This document shows positions 56,901-64,000 of a stretch of 64,000 bases of DNA, in pieces; positions within the stretch are counted from its first letter, which is position 1, and every line of letters begins with the position of its first letter. The translations under genes were made by a program, and so were the position numbers. Location of the stretch: contig JBMORX010000010.1 in the NCBI GenBank assembly GCA_049322615.1, positions 25,416-89,415 on the forward strand, given 5' to 3'. Source of the DNA: Patescibacteria group bacterium (GTDB taxonomy: Bacteria > Patescibacteriota > Microgenomatia > CAYGWK01). The notes beneath the pieces are model-generated. The model searched no databases, had not been told where the DNA came from, and worked only from the letters and a program-made list of their open reading frames with translations.

Positions 56901-59900
56901 CCGGCATCCAAAGACCATTTAGAAACACCATTATTTTGAATATCAAAGAGTTTCCTGCCAGTAGAGAGAGTATTTGCGGTATTGAAAAGATAAGCAGTAT
57001 TTGAGCCGGTATCAGCCACCGTTGAAAGCAAGGTTAATTGTCCGCTTGCGCCAATGGTAAAAGAGGTATAATTTGAGGCATTGTAGGCAAGCCTTAATTG
57101 CTCGGTTGTCTTTAAGACCTCCAAAAGAGCGTTCGGTGAAGTCGTCCCGATGCCGACGTTGCCGGCGACTAAAAGGGAATTGGTGGAAGCGGCTGGGTCT
57201 AAGAAATAGGCAGTATTGGCGGTATCCACAAACCGAGCGGCATTAACATAGTTTGAAGAATCAATCGTCACTCCGCCGGAATTAAAAGAAGCGGTTCCGG
57301 TGGTAGTAATATTGCCGGCATTAGAAATTGTAAATCTGGGGGTGCCAGAGGAGGAGGCGGTAAAGATGTCATTTACTGTTCCGGTTTCATTTAGGATGGT
57401 CAAAGCCTTGCCGGTGGTAGTGCCATCAACATGAAGTTTGGTTAAAGGAGAGGTGGTGCCAATGCCGACGTTGCCAGAAATATACGTGTTGTGTGCCAAA
57501 ATCCCGTTACCGACAAAGTTATGAGTCCCCTCAACCTCTATGTCATAAACTTGTTCTTCTCCTACATACTTAATGGATTGGATTTTGTCCCACACCACAT
57601 ATGGTTCGGAGTTCGAAGAGCGAAGATCGGAGAAAGAAACGGTAGCGATAGAATCGCCAGGCTGGAGATAGATTACTTTTGACCAGAGGAGGTTTTGAGA
57701 TAATTGATGAGGCTGGTAATCATTTTGCGAATCTGATGGGTTTGTCCCAACAGAGGCTTGATTTGCTGTTCCGTCAGATAGCCTAATTCCACTGCCAGTC
57801 TGAGACAGGCTACTACCTCGAAGAGGCTGCCTCTGGCTTGATAGAGAAACTGGATAAACTCTGTCTTGTGATACCTGCCCGACCCCTCGGCTAGGTTGAG
57901 GAGAATCGAGACCACCGCTCTCCTTAACTGATCCGCCAGACCATACTGTTCGTGTTTGGGAAAATTCGTAATCAGTTGATAAACTGCCTTGACTAAGATC
58001 ATAGTCTTTTTCCAAACCTCCAGTTTCTCGAAGTTGAACTCTTCGTTGGTATTCATCATAAGTTAATTGTACCAGATAGGGATGGTTACCAGTAGTTCTA
58101 ATTTCTTTGCCGCTTTCAGTCTTGAGCTTAAAGACTGGTTTAATCCCCATGTCCAAAAGTTTGTTAATCTTCGCTGGTTGAACTTTACCTGTCTGCTCAT
58201 TCCTTGAGTAAACCAGTGTTCCTGGTTGAACATCTTTAATCTGAACTTCGCTCTTCGAACTTCGATCTTCAGAAACTTCACCTTGTTTATCTAGGTCTTG
58301 AGTAACAATAGAGAGGAGGGTATCACCGGTAACGCACTGACCTTCAACGTGAAGTTTCTGAACAGGCCCCGTCGTCCCGATGCCGACGTTGCCGCTTACA
58401 TATAAAATATTGTTCCCTGCCCCTGGACTTCCACCTACTCCAAACCCCCCGCTGGTATAGAATTGCCCCCACCCAGTCGAGTAAATAATACCCGCTTGAG
58501 TATTATCTGTACGAGTGCTTTCAATAAGAGCAGTATCTGAATCAGCCGCAAAATTCAATGCAGCATTATTAAACCCAGCGCCGATGATAACATTACCTCC
58601 ACTAACATGTAACTTCGCCCCCGGTCCCGTCGTCCCGATGCCGACGTTGCCGGAGGCTAATAACATCGTGTCACTGCTACGTCCACTCTCTCGAAATCCC
58701 AAACCGGCACTTGAGGTAATTCTTGCGTTATTGCTGTCAAAAGTCAGAATATTTCCATAGTTTAAGGTTTCAACACCTTGGGTAGTAACTGTCCAACGAT
58801 TAGCCGTCCCATCTGACAAAATCAGTGAGGGATTTGACGAAGAAGAATCCTGAACAACAAATCTCGCCCCCGGCCCCGTCGTCCCGATGCCGACGTTGCC
58901 GGCGTTAGTGATGGTCATTCTTGGAGTTAGTCCCGCATCTCCACCAACCGAGGTCTGGAAATCAAGCCTTGAGCCATTTAAGACATCAATCGTTCCTGGC
59001 GAGGTTCCTCGTAAAACCAAACTCCCTGAAGCCGAGGCATCTCCGACAATATCAAGCGAATCATCAGTCTTAAGCCAATTGGCGGCCGAGCGGTAAAGAT
59101 TAGTGTCAGTTCCAAAAGTAATTCCCGAGGCAGCGTCGCCATCAGTTGAGGCAAGTTGTAAAGAGTAAGTATCGGCATCAGCAATATAAAGACCAATATC
59201 AGTTGAGCCGCCAGCAGTTTGATTGCCAATGTAGATACCATAATTGTTGGAAAGGGTTCCGCCACCACTATTTATGGCATCACCAACATAAAAGCCGTAG
59301 GCGTTAGTTATTGTTCCGGTTGAGAGATTGGACCGACTGGTATAAAACGAATAGGCATTGTTAACTGTTCCATTAGAGGTGTTTTCTATCGAAGCATAAT
59401 TGCCGGCTGCTTGGGTAACAGTTCCCGAGCCGGCATGGATCGCCTTGGCGTTGGTTCCCCACAGGGCACCGATATTTTGCGCTCCCATTCCGTAAGCCTG
59501 TGCCTGGTGTCCATAGAAGTTGGCGGTTGAGGCGGAGGCTGGGTTGGCGACAGCTTCGGTGTAGAGAGCGGTTACCTCTCCACTGGTGTTTGTAAAAACT
59601 TCTCTAGACATTGTGGTTTTAGTTGTGTCAAAGAAACCGCCGGAGCCGAGGGCAACGTTGCTAGCAGCGAAAAATTGATCATCTGTTCCCAATCTGTTTG
59701 CCGCCGAGCGGTAAAGGTTGGTGTCAGGAGCCCCTGAACCTGAACCCCATCGAAGATAACCAGCACTTGCTCCGGTACCAATGACTTGAAAGTAGGCAGA
59801 ATTGGTGGCAGTTCCTCCAATTAAAAGATCATCAGTAATATTAGTGGGGGATAAAGCCCCGGCGTTTCTCTGCCAATATCCGGAGGTTCCTGTTCCCGGA

Positions 59901-62900
59901 GCGTAGATATTATTAACATAAAGATTATTCCAATATAAAGCAGAGGAGCCCAGATTGTAAGTAGAGGTAGCTGAAGGAAGAAGATTAGCCGTTAAGGAAA
60001 CATCTCCTCCTGAAGGAGCGATGGTTAAATCGCCCCCTGAAGAAACAGTAAAGGTTGTCTGATTTGAACCATCATATTCTAATTCTAGTTGAGTCGCTGT
60101 GCCACGCACCGACAGCTTGCTGTCTGGTGCTGTGGTCCCGATGCCGACGTTGCCGCCAGATTTTAAGTACACCTGATTTGCCGTTGTATCTGTCCCTAAA
60201 GCCACATCAGATCCGCTTGCAGTATTTCGTATTCTTGCAACTCCAGGACTTCCAGGATTTTCTATGGTAATGTCCCCATTGTAGATGTGAAGTTTAGTAC
60301 TTGGTCCCGTCGTCCCGATGCCGACATTGCCTACCGTATTTACCGTCAAAGCCGGTGTCCAAGAGTTAACTCCGGATTTGTAGTCAAGAGTAAGTATGCC
60401 ATTAGTTCTTGGTCTGACTGCTCCTCCCGAAGCAAGATACAGATTACTGGAAACAGAAGCATCGCCGGAGACATCAAGTGTAGCTAAAGGAGAGGTGGTC
60501 CCAATCCCAATCTGACTGCCAGTTTCGTAGATTATCGAATCAGTTAAAGATGAAGAAGTACTCCATTTCGGAATGTAATTTTGCGTTCCTGAACCCGAAA
60601 CCCCACTTGCTCCTGAAGCAACTGCCTTCCAAGAAGAACCATCACAATAGTAGTATTCATCTTGGGCATTGTCATAGTACATTTTCCCTTCAGAGGAAGC
60701 ATTACAAGTTCCGGCATATGCCTGAACTTGCGGACCAAGGGAAAGAGTACCGGAAATAGTCGCATCCTCGGCCAAAGTTAAATCATTGAGAATATAGGTA
60801 TTATGAGCGACAATCCCATTAGCGACAAAATTATGGGTTCCCTCAACCTCAATATCATAGACCTGCTCATGACCTACATACTCAATTGAGGCAATTTTTG
60901 CCCACTTGACTCGGCTGCCAATTCCTTCACCATCCGAGGAGTCCTTCGGCCACCTCGGAGGTGTTCCCTTGGCAGCCTCGTCCGAAGTGTCAGCAACGGC
61001 AATTTCCATTCCCGGCTTAAGGTAAATTACCTTAGTCCATTGTCCATTGACAGGAGAATGATTATCTGTTAGATTGTTTTTAATGGTTTTTGATTTAAAG
61101 CTAGCCAAATTGCTTTCTGATTTTTTCTTAGACATTGCCAAGGCATTTTTTATTGCAACTTTTGTAACACCATCCTTAACAGGAGTCTCTTCAACCCCTG
61201 AACTATTTTTAATATTGACAAAGGGATTAGGTAATGTTACGATGTTTTTAGTCCTTTCCTGGTATTTAGCTAAATTGGAGGAAAGATTATGAATCAAATC
61301 AACTGGCTTGATGTTTTCAACTCGGCGACTACCTTTGGTGTTTTGACTGTTATTGCCGTTGCCTTGTTGTTCTTGCTTTTCCGAAGAGATTTCGGCTCCA
61401 AATCCACCAAGCGATGAGAGTTTAACCAGATACGGATGGTTTCCGGTTGTTCTTATCTGTCTTCCGTCTTCAGTCGTCAGTCTATAGACTGGTTTGACCC
61501 CCATATCCAACAATCCCTTGATTTTCGCCGGCTCGATTTTACCAGTTTTTTCGTTTAAGGAAAGAACATATTCTCCACCTTTAATGTCCTTGATCTGGAC
61601 GAAGGAGATATTAGGTGATTTTTCTTTTTTGTTTTCGCTCTTAGTATCATAGTCTCTTAGTATCTTAGTATCTTCTGTTGCCACGATTGGTAAAAGACTG
61701 TCTCCTGTAACACATTGTCCTTCTACATGGAGCTTTTGGGTAGGACTCGTCGTCCCGATGCCGACGTTGCCGCTACTTCTTTGAATAAACATTCTCGGTG
61801 TCCCTGGATACGCCGCCGATTCATCAGAGATTTGAAAATCCCCATTGGTCGTTGTCATCTGCATACCCCATGAATATGAACCTCTCTGTATCAAGGCTAT
61901 TGCAGGCATGTAAGCCGTACTGCTAACCTCTGCCAAAATTTGACCCTCTGTAGTGGAATCCTTTTTTACATTGAGTGCCCAGCTTGGCCCCGTCGTCCCG
62001 ATGCCGACGTTGCCATCATTTCGGACATAAAGTAGGGAAGTCCCCGAGGAATTGTAAACCTGAAGTCCGGCTTTAGTTGAGTCGGCGGTTGAACCTTGGA
62101 TATAAGTATTGTGAGCCACAATCCCGTTAGCGACAAAGTTAGCCGTATTGGCAATTTGAAGATCATAGACATGCCTTGTACCGGTTTTTTTAATAGAAAC
62201 AATTTTCTCCCAGCCTAGGGTAGGAGACTTGACATCGCCACTTTCATTTATGCTAGAATGGGAATCGGTGAGGAAATTATCTTCAGACCAGCGGAGAGCA
62301 TTTACAGAATTTTGGGCTAATTTTGCCGTTGTTTGGTTAGCCGCAGGGGTTGTCCCCTCATTTGTGACCGGTAAAATTAGTGTTGAAGAAGTTAAATCAG
62401 TGGTCGCCTCTCTCGTTTGGGGTGGAGTTTCTTTATTGTTTATGCTATATTTTAGTAGAGGAGGCAAGAAATGAATTTCTGGCCGGCTTATGCCCTCGCC
62501 TCGGCGATGACGGCGGCGATTATTGTTTTCATTTATTTTCTTGTTAGAAAAGGATAAATTATGTCTGATACCACGGCCACGGTTGTCATCTTGTTGTCCA
62601 TGGTTATTGCTGTCTTTGTTCTCTGGCGTCTTTCCCGCGAGCGTTGAGGAGACCCCTTTAGTCAAGACGGCGATTTCCTGATTTTTATTAAGATAGACGA
62701 CCTTTTCCCAACCTTCTTTAGTTAAGTACGGATGATTTCCGGTGGTTTCGATTCTTTTTCCTGATTCGGTTTTTAGTTCATAGACTTCCTGAATACCTTT
62801 ATCCAGAGTTTTTTCCACTTTCTGCCATTCAAATTTGCCAGTTTGTTCGTTTAAAGAAAGGACTTGGTCGCCAGGTTTTATATCTTTAATCTTCTCTCTT

Positions 62901-63904
62901 CGCCCTTCTCTCTTCTCACTTCTCTCTTCGCCCTTCTCTCTTCTCACTTCTATTAAGGAATTCTCTTCCACACATTCGCCGATGACCTTAAGTTTATTTG
63001 TTCCCGGGTCGGTCGTTCCAATTCCGACATTCCCTAAATTATTAACCGTCAAGGCCGGTGTCCAGGAGTCGACTCCGGATTTATAGGAAAGAGAAAGACT
63101 ACCGCTGGTCCTTGGTCTGACTTCTCCTCCGGCGGCAAGATATAAGTTCCCGGAAACCGAAGCATCTCCAGAAACATCAAGTTTAGCCAGGGGAGAAGTT
63201 GTTCCAATTCCAATCTGGGAACCAGTCTCATAAATAATAGAGTCAGTCAAAGTCGAGGAAGTAGACCACTTGGGAATATAATTTTGTGTTCCCGAACCCG
63301 AGACGCCACTTGTTCCTGAAGCCACTGCTTTCCAAGAAGAACCATCACAGTAGTAGTATTCATTATTAGCATTGTCATAGTACATCTTTCCTTCAGAAGA
63401 AGCGTTACAAGTCCCAGCGTAAGCCTGAACCTGGGGTCCTAAAGCCAAAGTCCCAGAGATAGTGGCATTACCGGCAATATCGAGTTTCTGCGATGGAGAA
63501 GTTGTCCCGATGCCGACGTTGCCGCTATCAATGACCATTCTCGTGCCACCTTGATAGAAACTGAGTTTTCCTCCAGTATCAATATTTTTGCCAATTATCC
63601 ATTTGGTAGAATCTGCATCACCTGTAGCAAAGAAGCCGATTGAAGCTTCTGCATTGGCAGTTGAAGCAATTGCCTGAATTTGGCCATAACTAGTTGTACC
63701 GTACACTGACAGTTTTGCGCTTGGTCCCGTCGTCCCGATGCCGACGTTGCCATTCGTTATCGTCATTGTCTCTGTTCCACCGGCTACTAGACCTAATTTA
63801 TCTGCCGCAGTGCTGTAAAGACCGGTATTTGTATCACCTGTAAATGTTAAAGATGGCGTTGCCGCCGCCCCTGCTGGTAAGAGAGCATATCCAGAAGAAT
63901 TCAC
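53948..63904 (-). CDS. Giant repeat-containing surface protein (>3318 aa), interrupted by three inteins; the N-terminus runs off the window (the same frame stays open to 64000)
   Basis: More than 25 copies of G-N-V-G-I-G-T-T-(S/G)-P modules (DNA motif gtcgtcccgatgccgacgttgcc on the + strand); Ser/Thr/Gly/Asn-rich beta-type repeats; Cys-rich segment TGNTACSNISTTYKCTSVSGGGSCPGTCNPGWYAQCC near the C-terminus. Confidence 0.7.
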   Translation of the reverse strand: MNSSGYALLPAGAAATPSLTFTGDTNTGLYSTAADKLGLVAGGTETMTITNGNVGIGTTGPSAKLSVYGTTSYGQIQAIASTANAEASIGFFATGDADSTKWIIGKNIDTGGKLSFYQGGTRMVIDSGNVGIGTTSPSQKLDIAGNATISGTLALGPQVQAYAGTCNASSEGKMYYDNANNEYYYCDGSSWKAVASGTSGVSGSGTQNYIPKWSTSSTLTDSIIYETGSQIGIGTTSPLAKLDVSGDASVSGNLYLAAGGEVRPRTSGSLSLSYKSGVDSWTPALTVNNLGNVGIGTTDPGTNKLKVIGECVEENSLIEVRREKGEERSEKREGRREKIKDIKPGDQVLSLNEQTGKFEWQKVEKTLDKGIQEVYELKTESGKRIETTGNHPYLTKEGWEKVVYLNKNQEIAVLTKGVSSTLAGKTPENKDSNNHGQQDDNRGRGIRHNLSFSNKKINENNNRRRHRRGEGISRPEIHFLPPLLKYSINNKETPPQTREATTDLTSSTLILPVTNEGTTPAANQTTAKLAQNSVNALRWSEDNFLTDSHSSINESGDVKSPTLGWEKIVSIKKTGTRHVYDLQIANTANFVANGIVAHNTYIQGSTADSTKAGLQVYNSSGTSLLYVRNDGNVGIGTTGPSWALNVKKDSTTEGQILAEVSSTAYMPAIALIQRGSYSWGMQMTTTNGDFQISDESAAYPGTPRMFIQRSSGNVGIGTTSPTQKLHVEGQCVTGDSLLPIVATEDTKILRDYDTKSENKKEKSPNISFVQIKDIKGGEYVLSLNEKTGKIEPAKIKGLLDMGVKPVYRLTTEDGRQIRTTGNHPYLVKLSSLGGFGAEISSEKQEQQGNGNNSQNTKGSRRVENIKPVDLIHNLSSNLAKYQERTKNIVTLPNPFVNIKNSSGVEETPVKDGVTKVAIKNALAMSKKKSESNLASFKSKTIKNNLTDNHSPVNGQWTKVIYLKPGMEIAVADTSDEAAKGTPPRWPKDSSDGEGIGSRVKWAKIASIEYVGHEQVYDIEVEGTHNFVANGIVAHNTYILNDLTLAEDATISGTLSLGPQVQAYAGTCNASSEGKMYYDNAQDEYYYCDGSSWKAVASGASGVSGSGTQNYIPKWSTSSSLTDSIIYETGSQIGIGTTSPLATLDVSGDASVSSNLYLASGGAVRPRTNGILTLDYKSGVNSWTPALTVNTVGNVGIGTTGPSTKLHIYNGDITIENPGSPGVARIRNTASGSDVALGTDTTANQVYLKSGGNVGIGTTAPDSKLSVRGTATQLELEYDGSNQTTFTVSSGGDLTIAPSGGDVSLTANLLPSATSTYNLGSSALYWNNLYVNNIYAPGTGTSGYWQRNAGALSPTNITDDLLIGGTATNSAYFQVIGTGASAGYLRWGSGSGAPDTNLYRSAANRLGTDDQFFAASNVALGSGGFFDTTKTTMSREVFTNTSGEVTALYTEAVANPASASTANFYGHQAQAYGMGAQNIGALWGTNAKAIHAGSGTVTQAAGNYASIENTSNGTVNNAYSFYTSRSNLSTGTITNAYGFYVGDAINSGGGTLSNNYGIYIGNQTAGGSTDIGLYIADADTYSLQLASTDGDAASGITFGTDTNLYRSAANWLKTDDSLDIVGDASASGSLVLRGTSPGTIDVLNGSRLDFQTSVGGDAGLTPRMTITNAGNVGIGTTGPGARFVVQDSSSSNPSLILSDGTANRWTVTTQGVETLNYGNILTFDSNNARITSSAGLGFRESGRSSDTMLLASGNVGIGTTGPGAKLHVSGGNVIIGAGFNNAALNFAADSDTALIESTRTDNTQAGIIYSTGWGQFYTSGGFGVGGSPGAGNNILYVSGNVGIGTTGPVQKLHVEGQCVTGDTLLSIVTQDLDKQGEVSEDRSSKSEVQIKDVQPGTLVYSRNEQTGKVQPAKINKLLDMGIKPVFKLKTESGKEIRTTGNHPYLVQLTYDEYQRRVQLRETGGLEKDYDLSQGSLSTDYEFSQTRTVWSGGSVKESGGLDSPQPSRGVGQVSQDRVYPVSLSSQRQPLRGSSLSQTGSGIRLSDGTANQASVGTNPSDSQNDYQPHQLSQNLLWSKVIYLQPGDSIATVSFSDLRSSNSEPYVVWDKIQSIKYVGEEQVYDIEVEGTHNFVGNGILAHNTYISGNVGIGTTSPLTKLHVDGTTTGKALTILNETGTVNDIFTASSSGTPRFTISNAGNITTTGTASFNSGGVTIDSSNYVNAARFVDTANTAYFLDPAASTNSLLVAGNVGIGTTSPNALLEVLKTTEQLRLAYNASNYTSFTIGASGQLTLLSTVADTGSNTAYLFNTANTLSTGRKLFDIQNNGVSKWSLDAGGSSTQSGSLTVGGAQSLISNSSGDITINAASNNISLASDNLINVGNLTMGGIASISGTPNLTLLPTSGLSKIYTLNAGDLAFYTSVGGDAGATERLRITNAGNIGIGTTSPTVALDIERAGDVQLDLTNSTAGKTWRIENLSSKLTFTNLGVANVMTLDGSNVGIGTTSPAYLTQVGSNIWNNLGSNFKLAVAGDIVAGTSTSGSEAKLRLYEGTAGAYIQMYKHAGYGEIVDSEGKIYMNGNVGIGTTGPSYKLDVSGDINFTGQIRKSGTALNIECTTSADCNGITGNTACSNISTTYKCTSVSGGGSCPGTCNPGWYAQCCRLSNGFDLAEMFPASMPLEPGELVAVDPNNNENLVRTTKANQGDVLGIISTAPAITLDGDMPEAKFKYPLALAGRVPVKVSGIGGSIKRGDFLTASPVPGRAMKATGKVRTIGIALSPFETNGDINALGEVTAFANLSWNQDSPPEEQIQAQEIVTKTIKSTDGNWLIDELGVATLNKVVINTKKAVDVAEKVLEIKDSLGKTIASIDEAGTIFGQRLIAEKKIISPVVETGIISPLPDSSEIVISLKRSNLQGGSTSEGSGFGKLLVQNEQGETVASIDSSGSASFAGQVTSETLQVTQDATVSGTLYADKIETKEISALRGSFGELLARLENLENQKTASNEAALVSPASSLIDGPVKLDNNITDNNTPVKSQSQEGVELSGVEPDGRGLTSPSSQPANPTPTLSYANETATASSLLAETQSWPITDPSSDLKITANLKVLGRTSLADTTVAGQLMVDGAVVIDSTGINSLPSSVLRLQSSGWGPVDILAGKMTIDTDGNVQVAGNLAVGGEISASGLVLKRSNLSGGSTSPEESAFGKLLAIQNPLGETVASIDASGSAQFASLVIAADYSATQSASLAEIRTNATSGLGILPAGSTEFTIFNPKVSENTLVYLTPVSDTQNKVLYVSAKKSGEWFKVGIDTPIDQEIRFNWWIIN
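57488..58336 (-). mobile_element. Intein C (283 aa) with an embedded alternative-frame four-helix-bundle ORF
   Basis: ..KLHVEGQ|CVTGDTLLSIV...TTGNHPYLVQL...THNFVGNGILAHN|TYIS; the central about 400 nt encodes a TIGR02436-like protein in a different frame. Confidence 0.7.
57673..58059 (-). CDS. Four-helix-bundle protein (TIGR02436-like, 128 aa) encoded inside intein C in an alternative frame
   Basis: FEKLEVWKKTMILVKAVYQLITNFPKHEQYGLADQLRRAVVSILLNLAEGSGRYHKTEFIQFLYQARGSLFEVVACLRLAVELGYL matches the family consensus closely. Confidence 0.6.
   Translation of the reverse strand: MMNTNEEFNFEKLEVWKKTMILVKAVYQLITNFPKHEQYGLADQLRRAVVSILLNLAEGSGRYHKTEFIQFLYQARGSLFEVVACLRLAVELGYLTEQQIKPLLGQTHQIRKMITSLINYLKTSSGQK
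60800..61714 (-). mobile_element. Intein B (mini-intein, 305 aa)
   Basis: ..KLHVEGQ|CVTGDSLLPIV...TTGNHPYLVKL...THNFVANGIVAHN|TYIL. Confidence 0.7.
62108..62974 (-). mobile_element. Intein A (mini-intein, 289 aa) in the giant protein
   Basis: ..KLKVIGE|CVEENSLIEV...TTGNHPYL...FVANGIVAHN|TYIQ: Cys1, block B TxxH, terminal HN, +1 Thr; low-complexity linker instead of an endonuclease domain. Confidence 0.7.
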
Positions 63905-64000
63905 TCCAAACAGATCACCAGAACCAACGGTGAGGAGATAGGCAGGTGAAGCATCCCCGATGCCGACGTTGCCGGTTGTATCTATGACTACTTTGCCCCT

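Noticed and set aside
47908-63231. Numerous 60-220-aa ORFs on the plus strand antisense to, or in alternative frames of, the giant genes (e.g. 55134..55805, 56241..56654, 62229..62474)
   Set aside because: No domain signatures; expected by chance opposite long Ser/Thr/Gly-rich repeat genes; only the in-strand 4HB ORF (57673..58059) has a clear family match
56100-64000. Regularly recurring 23-bp motif (ggtcccgtcgtcccgatgccgacgttgcc) that could look like a CRISPR array
   Set aside because: Spacing is irregular and the motif lies inside a long ORF; it encodes the GNVGIGTTGP module of the giant repeat protein, so it is a coding repeat, not CRISPR

Overview
AT-rich, small-gene window that looks like a Candidate Phyla Radiation (Patescibacteria-type) bacterial chromosome. 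Everything below is by-eye reading of the sequence and ORF track; no tools were run.

Layout, in order:
- 80-12353: glycan/lipid-type biosynthetic cluster with 2 GT2 glycosyltransferases, 2 radical-SAM/SPASM proteins, an NAD epimerase, a 916-aa polytopic membrane protein and 3 tandem B12-binding radical-SAM paralogs (the first is frameshifted).
- ~13.1-14.0 kb: IS200/RAYT-like HUH transposase flanked by REP-like hairpins and a 2x46-bp tandem repeat.
- 14702-21560: ~6.8-kb integrative element whose large serine recombinase reads through the 3' end of tRNA-Glu. It carries a DUF4238-like + TM-protein gene pair, a SpoVG homolog, an XRE regulator and small hypotheticals, and ends near tRNA-Lys.
- 21749-22245: tRNA-Lys, a GIY-YIG nuclease gene and tRNA-Gln.
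- 22678-36842: an unusual split rRNA locus.
  - 16S (~4.3 kb) carries at least 8 insertions, including group I introns, two of which encode LAGLIDADG endonucleases.
  - A 4.5-kb 16S-23S gap holds secreted/membrane protein genes, tRNA-Ile, tRNA-Ala, tRNA half-fragments and its own sigma70-like promoters.
  - 23S (~5.1 kb) has a group I intron at the 1917-type site, a LAGLIDADG intron in domain V, and an about 185-bp structured element that is also present in 16S.
  - 5S follows, with a partial duplicate upstream.
- 37188-45040: rpsA, radA, a 1.1-kb ORF-free region, rho, a LysM/M23 peptidase, a YerC/TrpR-like gene, tRNA-Ala(GGC) and a double Zn-ribbon protein.
- 45203-64000: a TPR membrane protein, a coiled-coil protein, a 1951-aa LamG/FN3 surface protein, a free-standing four-helix-bundle (TIGR02436-like) gene, and a >3300-aa repeat protein (GNVGIGTT repeats) that runs off the window.

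Most unusual point: the >3300-aa protein is interrupted by three canonical mini-inteins (C1 ... TTGNHPY ... HN|T) sitting at the same position of three repeat modules. The third intein carries a complete four-helix-bundle protein gene in an alternative reading frame while the host frame stays open.

Several dispersed repeat families are also present: a 150-bp TCAGA-rich element upstream of tRNA genes, AT-rich palindromic rRNA inserts, a 20-bp hairpin tccccgatttaatcgggga, and cagcg/ctgcgtt motif arrays.
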